26,662 nt of DNA. Origin: Promethearchaeota archaeon. GTDB lineage: Archaea; Asgardarchaeota; Lokiarchaeia; Sigyniarchaeales; SOKP01. The position numbers and the translations under genes are program-made. Position 1 is the stretch's first letter, and every line of letters starts with the position of its first letter. The notes beneath the pieces were generated by a model. The model was not told the origin of the DNA, did not search any database, and worked only from the letters and a program-made list of their open reading frames with translations. The stretch lies in assembly GCA_019057795.1 (NCBI GenBank), contig JAHLWS010000086.1:1-26662 (forward strand), given 5' to 3'. Shown piece after piece: positions 9,435-18,123 of this stretch.

Positions 9435-10682
9435 ATGTTTACCAGCAAAGAAAGAATAAAAAATGATATAGAGAAATTATCTAAATTTAATGCTAGCCCA
9501 TGGGAAGGTCTTACCAGACTTTCTTTTTCAAAAGAAGATAAAAAAGCAAGGGAATACATAAAGAGAAAGATGGAAGAAGCAAGGCTGGAAATTTATGAGG
9601 ATGCTGCAGGGACGATAATAGGGCGAAGGATGGGGATTGATAACCATTTACCGGTAGTAATGATAGGGTCTCATTTTGATTCTGTTAAAAATGGTGGTAA
9701 TTTTGACGGTCCGGCAGGAGTAATCACTGGTTTAGAGATTGCCAGAGTTTTAAATGAGAGAAATATAAAAACAAAATATCCTTTAGAATTCATAGCTATG
9801 ATTGAAGAAGAAGGAGCAAGGTTTGGCAGTGGTCTCTTTGGCAGTAGGTCTATGGTAGGTAAAGTTGGTAAGGATGACCTGGAAAAGTATTGTGATGAAA
9901 ACGGAACTACAATAGCTAAAGCTATGCGGGATTTTGGTTTTAATCCTGATAATATTACTAAGGCAAAAAGAGATCCTAAAACTATAAAAGCTTTTTTTGA
10001 GTTACATATAGAACAGGGACCGGTATTGGAAACAGAACATAAAGATATAGGAATAGTAGATACGATAGTAGGGATAGACCAATATAATATAGAAGTCACT
10101 GGAATTTCCGGTCATGCAGGTACTACTCCTATGAATATGAGAAATGATGCTTTAGTTTTAGCCAGTGATATTGTTAAACAAATAAACTTGATGGCTAAAA
10201 AAGCCGGAGAGGGAACAGTAGCTACTGTAGGTAATTTAAAAGTTTATCCGGGTGGGGCGAATATTATACCGAAAAAAGTTTGGTTTAGTGTAGACGTTAG
10301 GTCACGAGATAAAAATAAAATAGAAACTATCGCGAAAGAAATTGATGAATTATTAAAACACGAGTGTAAAAAACAAAAAGCGTTTTACAAGATGGAAAAA
10401 AAAATATCTGTAGATCCTGTTAGACTTCCCAGGAATATCAGTGAAGTTTTAAAACGAAAATGCGAAAAGTTAGGCTTTAGTTATAAAGAGATGATAAGCG
10501 GGGCAGGTCATGATGCTATGATTTTGGCTGGAATTACGGATGTAGGTTTAGTTTTTGTGCCTAGTAAATATGGTAAAAGTCATTGTCCTGAAGAATGGAC
10601 TGATTACGATCAATTACAAAAAGGAATAGAAGTAGTCTTAGAGGCGGTTTTAGTTATTGCTGAGAAGGAGGAGAAAAAATGA
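9435..10682 (+). CDS. M20 Zn-dependent amidohydrolase (allantoate / N-carbamoyl-L-amino acid hydrolase family)
   Basis: GSHFDSV.NGG.FDGPAG, EEEGARF, ELHIEQGP, GHAGTTPM, SGAGHDA, SHCPEE motifs; ATG 9435 after GGAGG. Confidence 0.93.
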   Translation: MFTSKERIKNDIEKLSKFNASPWEGLTRLSFSKEDKKAREYIKRKMEEARLEIYEDAAGTIIGRRMGIDNHLPVVMIGSHFDSVKNGGNFDGPAGVITGLEIARVLNERNIKTKYPLEFIAMIEEEGARFGSGLFGSRSMVGKVGKDDLEKYCDENGTTIAKAMRDFGFNPDNITKAKRDPKTIKAFFELHIEQGPVLETEHKDIGIVDTIVGIDQYNIEVTGISGHAGTTPMNMRNDALVLASDIVKQINLMAKKAGEGTVATVGNLKVYPGGANIIPKKVWFSVDVRSRDKNKIETIAKEIDELLKHECKKQKAFYKMEKKISVDPVRLPRNISEVLKRKCEKLGFSYKEMISGAGHDAMILAGITDVGLVFVPSKYGKSHCPEEWTDYDQLQKGIEVVLEAVLVIAEKEEKK

Positions 10683-11842
10683 AAATTAGGAAATTAGTAG
10701 AAAAATATGAAGATCAAATTATCACTTGGAGAAGGGAATTTCATGAAAATCCTGAGCTTTCCGGTGAAGAGATAAGAACAAGTGAAAGAGTTTGTGAAGA
10801 ATTAAAAAAAGTAAATATTGAAGTAAAAAGAATAGGCAAAACAGGGGTTTTAGGAATTCTGGAAGGGAACAAACCTGGTAAAACTGTTGCCCTAAGAGCT
10901 GACATGGATGCTCTACCTGTACAGGAGGCAAATAATATTCCATACAAATCGAAGAGTAAGGGGATAATGCATGCTTGCGGACATGATGGTCATACTGCCA
11001 TGCTTTTAGGGGCAGCTAAGTTATTAAGCCAGATGAGAGATAAAATAAAAGGAAGAGTAAAATTTATATTCCAACCAGCAGAGGAGAGCGCTCAAGGTGC
11101 TTCAATGATGATCAAAGGAGGCGTAATAGAAGGAGTAGATGCAATTTTGGGAATTCATCTCTGGGCAGATTTAGCAGTAGGGAAAGTATCTGTGGACCCA
11201 GGCCCTCGAATGGCTTCTACAGATATGTTTAAAATTACCATTAAGGGAAAAGGAGGACATGGCTCTATGCCTCACCAGGGAGTAGATGCTATTTTAGCAG
11301 GTTCTGCAGTTGCAATAGATCTTCAATCGATAGTAAGCAGAGAAATTAATCCTCTGGATCCAGCAGTATTAAGCATAGGTAAATTTTGTGGTGGAGAAGG
11401 ATGGAATATACTCTGTGATAAAGTTTTAATGGAAGGCACTACCCGTTGTTTTAATCCTCAAATAAGAGATAAATTTCCCTCTATGATTGAAAGGATAATT
11501 AAAAAAACGGCAGAAGCTTATCGAGCGGAGGGAACATTGGAATATATTTTATTAATTCCTCCGTTAATTAATAATCCTGAGATGTCCAAAATGGCTCTAC
11601 AATCAGTAATTAAAAATTTTGGAGAAGAGAGTGTCGTAAAATTTGAGAAGGTAACCGCTGGGGAAGATTTTGCTTTCTATGCGCAAGAAGCTCCAAGTGT
11701 ATTTGCTTTTGTGGGAGCTAGAAATGAAAAAAAAGGTGCAAATTATCCTCAGCATCATAGAAAATTTAATATTGATGAAGATGCATTAGTTATAGCTACC
11801 TCTTTATACAGCCAATTTGCTTTAGATTTTTTAGGTGAGTGA
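10679..11842 (+). CDS. M20D amidohydrolase (aminoacylase/carboxypeptidase family)
   Basis: RREFHENPELS, LRADMDALP, MHACGHDGH, FQPAEE, GGHGSMPH, GEDF motifs; ATGA overlap with upstream gene. Confidence 0.93.
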   Translation: MKIRKLVEKYEDQIITWRREFHENPELSGEEIRTSERVCEELKKVNIEVKRIGKTGVLGILEGNKPGKTVALRADMDALPVQEANNIPYKSKSKGIMHACGHDGHTAMLLGAAKLLSQMRDKIKGRVKFIFQPAEESAQGASMMIKGGVIEGVDAILGIHLWADLAVGKVSVDPGPRMASTDMFKITIKGKGGHGSMPHQGVDAILAGSAVAIDLQSIVSREINPLDPAVLSIGKFCGGEGWNILCDKVLMEGTTRCFNPQIRDKFPSMIERIIKKTAEAYRAEGTLEYILLIPPLINNPEMSKMALQSVIKNFGEESVVKFEKVTAGEDFAFYAQEAPSVFAFVGARNEKKGANYPQHHRKFNIDEDALVIATSLYSQFALDFLGE

Positions 11843-12012
11843 AGAATGAAATTGTTATTAGACAGCCATCGTTCAATTGGTAAGAAGAGTATTATAATAT
11901 ATGTAATATAAAATAGAAAGGAAGGATTAAAGAATGTCAGTGTCAACCTTTTTGGGGTAGTTTCTTTTGGTGAAAAAAATTATTCCGGTTTTGGGTAGAC
12001 CTACCCTTGTTT

Positions 12013-12134
12013 TATTAAGCCGCATAAAACTCCAGACTCCTGTCTGGAGATGTAGCGGCAGCCCGAAGGGCTCAAGCTCGTTTTTCGCTTGTAGCCAAAA
12101 GATGCCCCCAGCTCCTGCTGGGGGAGTTTCACTA
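12013..12134 (+). mobile_element. non-autonomous IS200/IS605-type miniature element, copy 2
   Basis: Identical direct repeat of 7353-7474. Confidence 0.8.
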
Positions 12135-12436
12135 CCACTTAATAAAGTTCGAATTATATATGGCTTATTTAAGTATAAAAAGTAAAATGCTTAGTGAGGA
12201 ATTGTACCTATCAAGGTTCAAGAGTATTTAATGTTCCAGAGGAGAAAAGAAGCGATGTGAATATTGCAGTTCATAAGGTAGCTTATTAACCTAAAGAAAA
12301 TTTAGAATTGGGTCCATAGATTGAGAGAGGGTTAAAAGGTGTAAAATAAATCAATAGTGTTTAAAATTAATATTTAGAGGTTTTATAAAATAAGCTAAAA
12401 ATTATTGTTATTTTCTCTCGATATTTCTTTTTTTAA

Positions 12437-12545
12437 TGTTATAATAATAAGTACAAAAGGGAGTGCGATTTGCCAAAATTACGCTCCCTTTTTATGGCTA
12501 TACCGAAAGATTTAACTTCCGTTTTCCTTTCGGTTTTTTATTTTA
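12437..12545 (+). promoter_or_regulatory. extended -10 promoter followed by two terminator-like hairpins (leader or small RNA upstream of rep gene)
   Basis: TGTTATAAT at 12437-12445; AAAAGGGAGTG...CGCTCCCTTTT (12455-12493); ACCGAAAG...CTTTCGGT plus T-run (12502-12545). Confidence 0.55.
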
Positions 12546-12685
12546 TTAGACTTAAATATATTCTCCGGAAATTATAAAAATACTGCAAAAATCAGTAAAT
12601 CATACTCATCTTAAAACTATTCAGGCCTGGAGGTGATATATAGCGGTTAAACCCTTAATTCATACCACGCCAAAAAAGGGTTTAA

Positions 12686-13735
12686 ATTATATTTAAAAGT
12701 ATAAATGAGTACATAAAATACGAGTATAGTCTAATACCAATTGATAGGGAAAAGAAACCTTATATATATTGGAAGTCCTACCAATATAAAAAAGCAAACA
12801 TAGAAGATATTTTTGGTTGGTATAATAAATTTCGTGATGTAAATATTGGAATAGTTACCGGGAATATAAGTAAGTTAGCGGTTATTGATGTTGACGATCC
12901 TAATCTCTTGCCGGAGTTAAAAGAATATTTACCGGAGATAAAAGAAACAACCAGGGTTAGAACGAGAAGGGGGTATCATTACTATTTCTCTCTCAGTGGC
13001 GAATACGTTAAAAGCACCAACAACTTATTCGGCAAAAGACTTGAATTAAAAAGTAATGGAACCTATGTTGTGGCTCCCCCATCGATAATAAAAGCCCATC
13101 GATATGTTTTTGAAATTCCTCTTAGTGAGATGCTTCCCATACCAAAATTATTAATCAAAAAAGAAAGGGAACTGGCTTTTTGTGTAGAGGATAGAGAGCA
13201 TAAAGTTTTTAAAATACCAAAATATCACGGTCAAAAAGTTGACTGCATACGCCAGATATTAAGTAGGGATTTAGAGGAAGGAGAGAGAAACAACAGCTTA
13301 TTTATTCTCTATAATCTCTTACTCCAAAATAAGAATACGGAAGAATATTCAAAAAAGTTAGTTATTAATAAAAACAAATCATTATCAAAACCCTTAACTG
13401 AATTGGATTTAAAAAAGTTCTGCCGGAAAGCTTATAAGTATGGGTGTAGTGGTATCAGAGATAAGCTTGCTTATATAAAATGTGAGGCTTGCGGGTATAG
13501 GTTTAAGGATGGTAAATTAAAAGATAGTAATATTTTGATTAAAAATATAAGAATTTTGCCGGAATTAAGTAATGCTCAACGCGGAGTAGCTTGTCTTTTG
13601 GGAACCGTTTTTGAGGGTGAATATCCTTCGATAAACAAGATAGCAGAAACAGCGAATATGAATTTTGGAACTGTTAAGCATGCAATTAAAATATTAAAAG
13701 AAATGCTGGTTATCGATGAGGCTTTGTATAACTAA
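12686..13735 (+). CDS. bifunctional DNA primase/polymerase (Prim-Pol, AEP superfamily) with PriCT-like domain, Cys cluster and C-terminal HTH
   Basis: Frame open from 12686: SLIPI..EKKPYIYW, NIGIVTG.ISKLAVIDVD, TRRGYHYYF, YVVAPPS, EGERNNSLF, C...CEAC and terminal HTH. The TTG start at 12908 would omit catalytic motif I. Confidence 0.88.
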   Translation: MIFKSINEYIKYEYSLIPIDREKKPYIYWKSYQYKKANIEDIFGWYNKFRDVNIGIVTGNISKLAVIDVDDPNLLPELKEYLPEIKETTRVRTRRGYHYYFSLSGEYVKSTNNLFGKRLELKSNGTYVVAPPSIIKAHRYVFEIPLSEMLPIPKLLIKKERELAFCVEDREHKVFKIPKYHGQKVDCIRQILSRDLEEGERNNSLFILYNLLLQNKNTEEYSKKLVINKNKSLSKPLTELDLKKFCRKAYKYGCSGIRDKLAYIKCEACGYRFKDGKLKDSNILIKNIRILPELSNAQRGVACLLGTVFEGEYPSINKIAETANMNFGTVKHAIKILKEMLVIDEALYN

Positions 13736-13744
13736 GATTATAAA

Positions 13745-13766
13745 ACCCCTTCAGTTTTTAAGGGGT
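13745..13766 (+). terminator. hairpin after Prim-Pol gene
   Basis: ACCCCTT...AAGGGGT. Confidence 0.45.
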
Positions 13767-14119
13767 GATTTCTATATTTTTCAAGGGTTTTAGCGTAAAA
13801 ATGCGGACTAATATACTAAGGTTTTAGGAATTTATCTCTTTCTTCTATTCTTTTATTTATTGTCTCATTTTTTATCTCTTGTCTTTATGGTATAAACGAA
13901 ATATCCAAAGAAGGATTTTAGAAAGTGATAGAAGCTTTAAAAAATTGAGGTCCCACTCTTTCTCTCTCCTTATAAATTATTACCAGGCCAGGACTCATGC
14001 TTAATTTAGATCTAATTTAATTCACTTTATCTAATCCTGATTTATCAATTCTGGCCACTCTGACTAATCTAATTTACCAGGTAAATTTAATCCACTCCGG
14101 CTATCCCTAATTTTACGAC

Positions 14120-16102
14120 TCAACCACGCGCGGGGCGGGTAGCTTTCCTTCCCCCTTAAATCCCCCCTAAAACCCCCCTCTTATCCCCCTTCTTTTTATT
14201 ATTGCTCCTTGCTTCAAGAGCTACGCCCGCGGGAACGCTCTCAAGCTTAAATGTAGGCTATGTCGCTCTGACGGTCCCGCTTATGCTCCGCTCTGTTCAG
14301 CACCGCAACAAAAAAAAGGTTAGGCTATGATTCATTAGGGGGGAAGCATTAAGGGGGAAGGAAAAACTACGGTCGATTCACCCCCTACTCTACAAGCATA
14401 AGCGCAGGTATTATCGAGACCCTCTCTCCCTTGCCCCGCCCCTGTTTGCGAACCTTTTCGTGCATCTGTCATCGTTTGTGATTTAGTCTTATCCCCTACA
14501 AAAAAGAGATAAAAAAAATAAATGAAAAAAACAAGAGCGGGGATTTTTTTATCTCCCTTTTTCGGTGGCTCTATTTATCGGATTCCATGCAGTTAAGCGA
14601 TAAGTAAAAACATCCAACTAATAAAAAGTTAAAAGAATTGCCTTTTATATATAAACTTTTTATTGTTGTATTTTTTACCTATCGCCAGGAGAAGAGGAGA
14701 GGCAATTCCCTCTCCTGGTAAACAGTAATTTACCAGGAGAAGAATTTGCCAGGAAAAAGCCAAAAGCAATAAGAATAATCACACTCAAAAAAAATAACTA
14801 TATTTTGAGAAAAAGAAAAATATAATTATTTTTTATTGTGTCATTAAAAATCACGAAGGTTAAATATTATGTGATAAGGGAAAATCACCCCCTATCACAT
14901 AATATTATTTTTTTAAAAAAGGGTTTCCGTCTAACTACCAGACAGAAGAACGGGTAATCCCAGGCAATAAGAGAAAAAAATTATTTAAGGTATATATTCT
15001 GGTTTTTTTCTCCTATTGCCTGAAACATTATTTATCGGATTCTTTGCGTTTACGCGATAAGTAAAAAAGACCTCAAAACAAAAAGAAAAACCCTTTTTGG
15101 TTTAAGATTTTTTTACCTATCGCGGGCCCTGTTAAGTGAGTATCTACTGAGCAGGGCAGGGAGAAGACGAACGCTTAAAAGATATATAAGAAGGGAAAAT
15201 CACCCCCTCTTATATATCTTTATTCTGATATAAAATGTGTAATGGTTAGCGAACAGTGGATTAGTCCTATCCCCGGAAAAACAAGATAAAAAGTAAATGA
15301 AGGAATAATTGCAGGAACTTTTTACCTTCATTTTCAGTGGCTAATGTTATCGGATTCTTAATGGTTGGCGATAAGTAAAAACATCCATAAATAAAATATT
15401 AAAAGACCTGTCTGCGTGCGGACACGCACAGGCAGAAGAGAAACATTTTATTTATGTAGTTTTCACCTATCGCCAGGGAAGGATCATCTTTTTTTCTTCT
15501 CTTTGCAATTTCTTCTCCTGGCGTTTGTAGAAGCCAGTGCCGCAAAAAATTCTCCTGCTTAAATTGTTTGCCTGCATTTTTTTGCGGTGCCTGAGTCTTC
15601 TATAAACGCCATCGGTGCCGCACATATAATCTCTTAGGATAGTTTTAGTTTTTTTTATCTGCTCTACCTGGAGTGTACACACGCAGGCAGATAAAAAATA
15701 TTTAAACGTAGAAGTATAGTGAACAGGAACAGGGAGGGAAGGTGGGGAAGCCATCCGATGACTAGAAATAGAGATTTTTCCCTACGATAAGAAGTATCTA
15801 ATTTAGCCCGCCTTTATATTTTTAACCAGGCTAAAAAAGCTTTTTGTTGGTTAAAAATATAATGCTTTTTTTGCTATACATAACAAAGCTTTATCGGATA
15901 AGATATGCATGAAATTATTTCTTGTAGAATGTCCGATAGAGTCTTGTTATGTATTGGCAGACTTTCAAATAAGCTTCTTAGCAAAAAAGCTCTTGGCGGG
16001 CGGTCGTGGGGGTGAGATGACCAGAAGTTATTTACCAAGAAGTCAATAAAAGCAGGTTAACAGATCATTTTAATAAAATACCGAGGGAGAGAGAAAAAGA
16101 GG
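14120..16102 (+). ncRNA. putative large structured non-coding RNA or folded ssDNA region with repeated hairpin modules
   Basis: No credible ORF; dense array of long inverted repeats; three TTATCGGATTC...GCGATAAGTAAAAA...ACCTATCGC modules; two GGGAAAATCACCCC-capped hairpins with different stems. Confidence 0.6.
15981..16102. repeat. cargo-slot left repeat L1
   Basis: About 122-bp imperfect direct repeat of 17152-17273 (TGGCGGGCGGTCGTGG...AGGTTAACAGATCATTT...GAGAGAAAAAGAGG). Confidence 0.9.
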
Positions 16103-16147
16103 CCATCTACAATCGATTTCAATAATTTTCCTAATGATTATTATATT

Positions 16148-16813
16148 CTAAGTGGGGTTACTATTTTTAAATCTCATACCGGATGCAATCATTAATTGCA
16201 ATGTTCTCGATAGATGAGTGTTTTCAACATAAGGAGTATCTTTTTTATTCATAATCTTTAAAATCTTAGCAATCATTTCATCTATTGTGATAACTTTAAG
16301 TTTTATATTTACTTTCTTTTCTTTGAAATAATTCTTAATATCTTTAGAATTCTCAAAATCGCTTTTATCCTTTAATGATCCTTTTGTTATTTTGGTACAT
16401 AATATTACATATTCTAGTTCTATTTCTTTAGTATCAACAACATTTAATTCTTTTCTTAATATTTTCAAGAATGAATTAGTCCATCTATGTATACAAAGTT
16501 CTCTGAATGCACACCAATCATCTTTTCTTCCAGTAGTTTTAGTAGGTTGGTTATTTAAAGCATTCTCCAATGTATTTTTGAATTTTGATATGTTAAAACC
16601 GCCCTGCCACGATTTGCAGCTAACAGTAATAATTTTATTTCTTTCATTAGTATCAATAGTTATTAAATCTATATCAGAATGTACAGAATCATATTTGGCT
16701 ATATATGTTGGTTCTTCTTTTGATGGTCTAAATTTAATATTATGTTTTGTAAAGCAACCAACTTTTTTAGAATAAAAATCTTCTGCAATTTGTTCTAATA
16801 TATCTTCTTTCAT
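16148..16813 (-). CDS. putative PD-(D/E)xK-fold nuclease (restriction-endonuclease-like cargo)
   Basis: MKEDILEQ...HSDIDL...VSCKSWQGG (E..D..SxK variant); ATG at 16813 after GAGGT RBS. Confidence 0.7.
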   Translation of the reverse strand: MKEDILEQIAEDFYSKKVGCFTKHNIKFRPSKEEPTYIAKYDSVHSDIDLITIDTNERNKIITVSCKSWQGGFNISKFKNTLENALNNQPTKTTGRKDDWCAFRELCIHRWTNSFLKILRKELNVVDTKEIELEYVILCTKITKGSLKDKSDFENSKDIKNYFKEKKVNIKLKVITIDEMIAKILKIMNKKDTPYVENTHLSRTLQLMIASGMRFKNSNPT

Positions 16814-16897
16814 TATTACCTCACTTGAAATAATCGAACTACTTCGTTTATGCACGACTCTAGGTGAAATTTCGAAAATTAACCACCAATATTCCTT

Positions 16898-16960
16898 GTG
16901 GCGTATTTTTGTAGATTCTTAGCTTATCATAAACCTATTTTTATAATTCTACAAATAATA
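16898..16960 (-). promoter_or_regulatory. cargo-slot right repeat R1 containing a sigma70 promoter
   Basis: Repeat of 18124-18186; minus strand TTGTAG-N17-TATGAT. Confidence 0.75.
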
Positions 16961-17011
16961 GGGCTGTGATCATAAAATTATAACCGTATAAATCGGTAAA
17001 AATCGGTTAAC

Positions 17012-17090
17012 AAAAAGGGGAATGCTATAAAAATAACATTCCCCGAAAAGATATAAAGAAAAGGAATGCACTACTAAACCTTTTCCCTGC
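17012..17090 (-). ncRNA. putative small RNA of about 80 nt
   Basis: Minus-strand TTGATG-N17-TATATT with extended TG (17125-17097) and intrinsic terminator GGGGAATG...CATTCCCC-TTTTT (17044-17012); no convincing ORF. Confidence 0.5.
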
Positions 17091-17151
17091 ATATCAAATA
17101 TATCACGGGTTTAAGAAAACATCAAACGTTAATTACAATATTCCACGCCTG

Positions 17152-17273
17152 GCAAAAAATGCTCCTGGCGGGCGGTCGTGGTAGAAGCAGATGAGCATAA
17201 GTTTTTACCAGGAAGGCAATCAAAGTAGGTTAACAGATCATTTAATAAAATACTGGGGGGAGAGAAAAAGAGG
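17152..17273. repeat. cargo-slot left repeat L2
   Basis: Imperfect direct repeat of 15981-16102. Confidence 0.9.
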
Positions 17274-17390
17274 TTTCGAAAATAAGGATATCCCCCCAAC
17301 TCTCAAAATAATCATGCCTATAAATAATAATGAGGTTAGTCTGTATGGGCTTCTTCAATTTTTGTATATTTTTTCAAAAGGAATACCTCT

Positions 17391-18029
17391 TCAGTCTTCC
17401 TGCACCCACTTAAGGCTTTCCACGCTTTTCTGGGTGTTATTATAAAGAAGTTCCAATTCGTTACCTTGGGGATACAATTGAGTATCTCGAATTTGAACGC
17501 TAAAAAATGTATCAGTACTCATGGGACCAGAAGGGGAATAGCTGACAAAGCTTACCTGCGTTCTATTATCCTTTTTCCAAGTAAAAACCCGTCCCCCCGG
17601 GTAATCTTGTTGGATTCGTCCGTTGAGATAAAGTTTTTCCAGCGAGACAAGAAATGCCCTCAGCACCGACTTCTCTGACGAATAGTGTTCAAGATTAAAA
17701 GGTCGATCTAAATTGATCACACATTCAACAGCAGTACCATTTATAAAATTGATAGACACAAAAGAAGACGCTTGGTAGTCATGGAGCTCAAAATTGCAAT
17801 TGAAAGAGACCTTATTAGTGAATGGTTTCAGAACCTTAAGAAACTCAGGAGGAATTGCCTGGTTAGATTTCATATCGTCTCTGAAAGCACGAATGTCTTC
17901 AGCAGTAAATAACTCTGCGCCAAAGTCTTTACATTTCTCCAAAACTTGGGCAGTCGATTTCTGCATCAGTTCGCACGCAAAAGGTATATGAAAGAAGTTG
18001 GTTCCTTTTCTATCTATAGATTTATTCAT
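17391..18029 (-). CDS. hypothetical protein (cargo)
   Basis: 212-aa ORF, AGGAG RBS, promoter in repeat R2. Confidence 0.75.
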   Translation of the reverse strand: MNKSIDRKGTNFFHIPFACELMQKSTAQVLEKCKDFGAELFTAEDIRAFRDDMKSNQAIPPEFLKVLKPFTNKVSFNCNFELHDYQASSFVSINFINGTAVECVINLDRPFNLEHYSSEKSVLRAFLVSLEKLYLNGRIQQDYPGGRVFTWKKDNRTQVSFVSYSPSGPMSTDTFFSVQIRDTQLYPQGNELELLYNNTQKSVESLKWVQED

Positions 18030-18123
18030 TTGCTTATTAACTCCTATTTCTGATTATATTTTTTTATTTTTAAGCATAAAATTACCAAATAAAATGGCTT
18101 ATAACTTAAAATAATCTAACTAC

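Noticed and set aside
11967-12185. ORFs 7235-7546 and 11967-12185 sharing a peptide
   Set aside because: Shared sequence is just read-through of the 122-bp miniature element
14480-15480. CRISPR array interpretation of the repeated modules
   Set aside because: Only three units, spacing irregular and hundreds of bp, inserts self-complementary, no cas genes
15467-15754. 95-aa minus-strand ORF in the structured tract
   Set aside because: No RBS or family motif; overlaps long hairpins; likely spurious
15745-15785. Hammerhead ribozyme near CCGATGA...GAAA
   Set aside because: Lacks the CUGANGA core and the required stems
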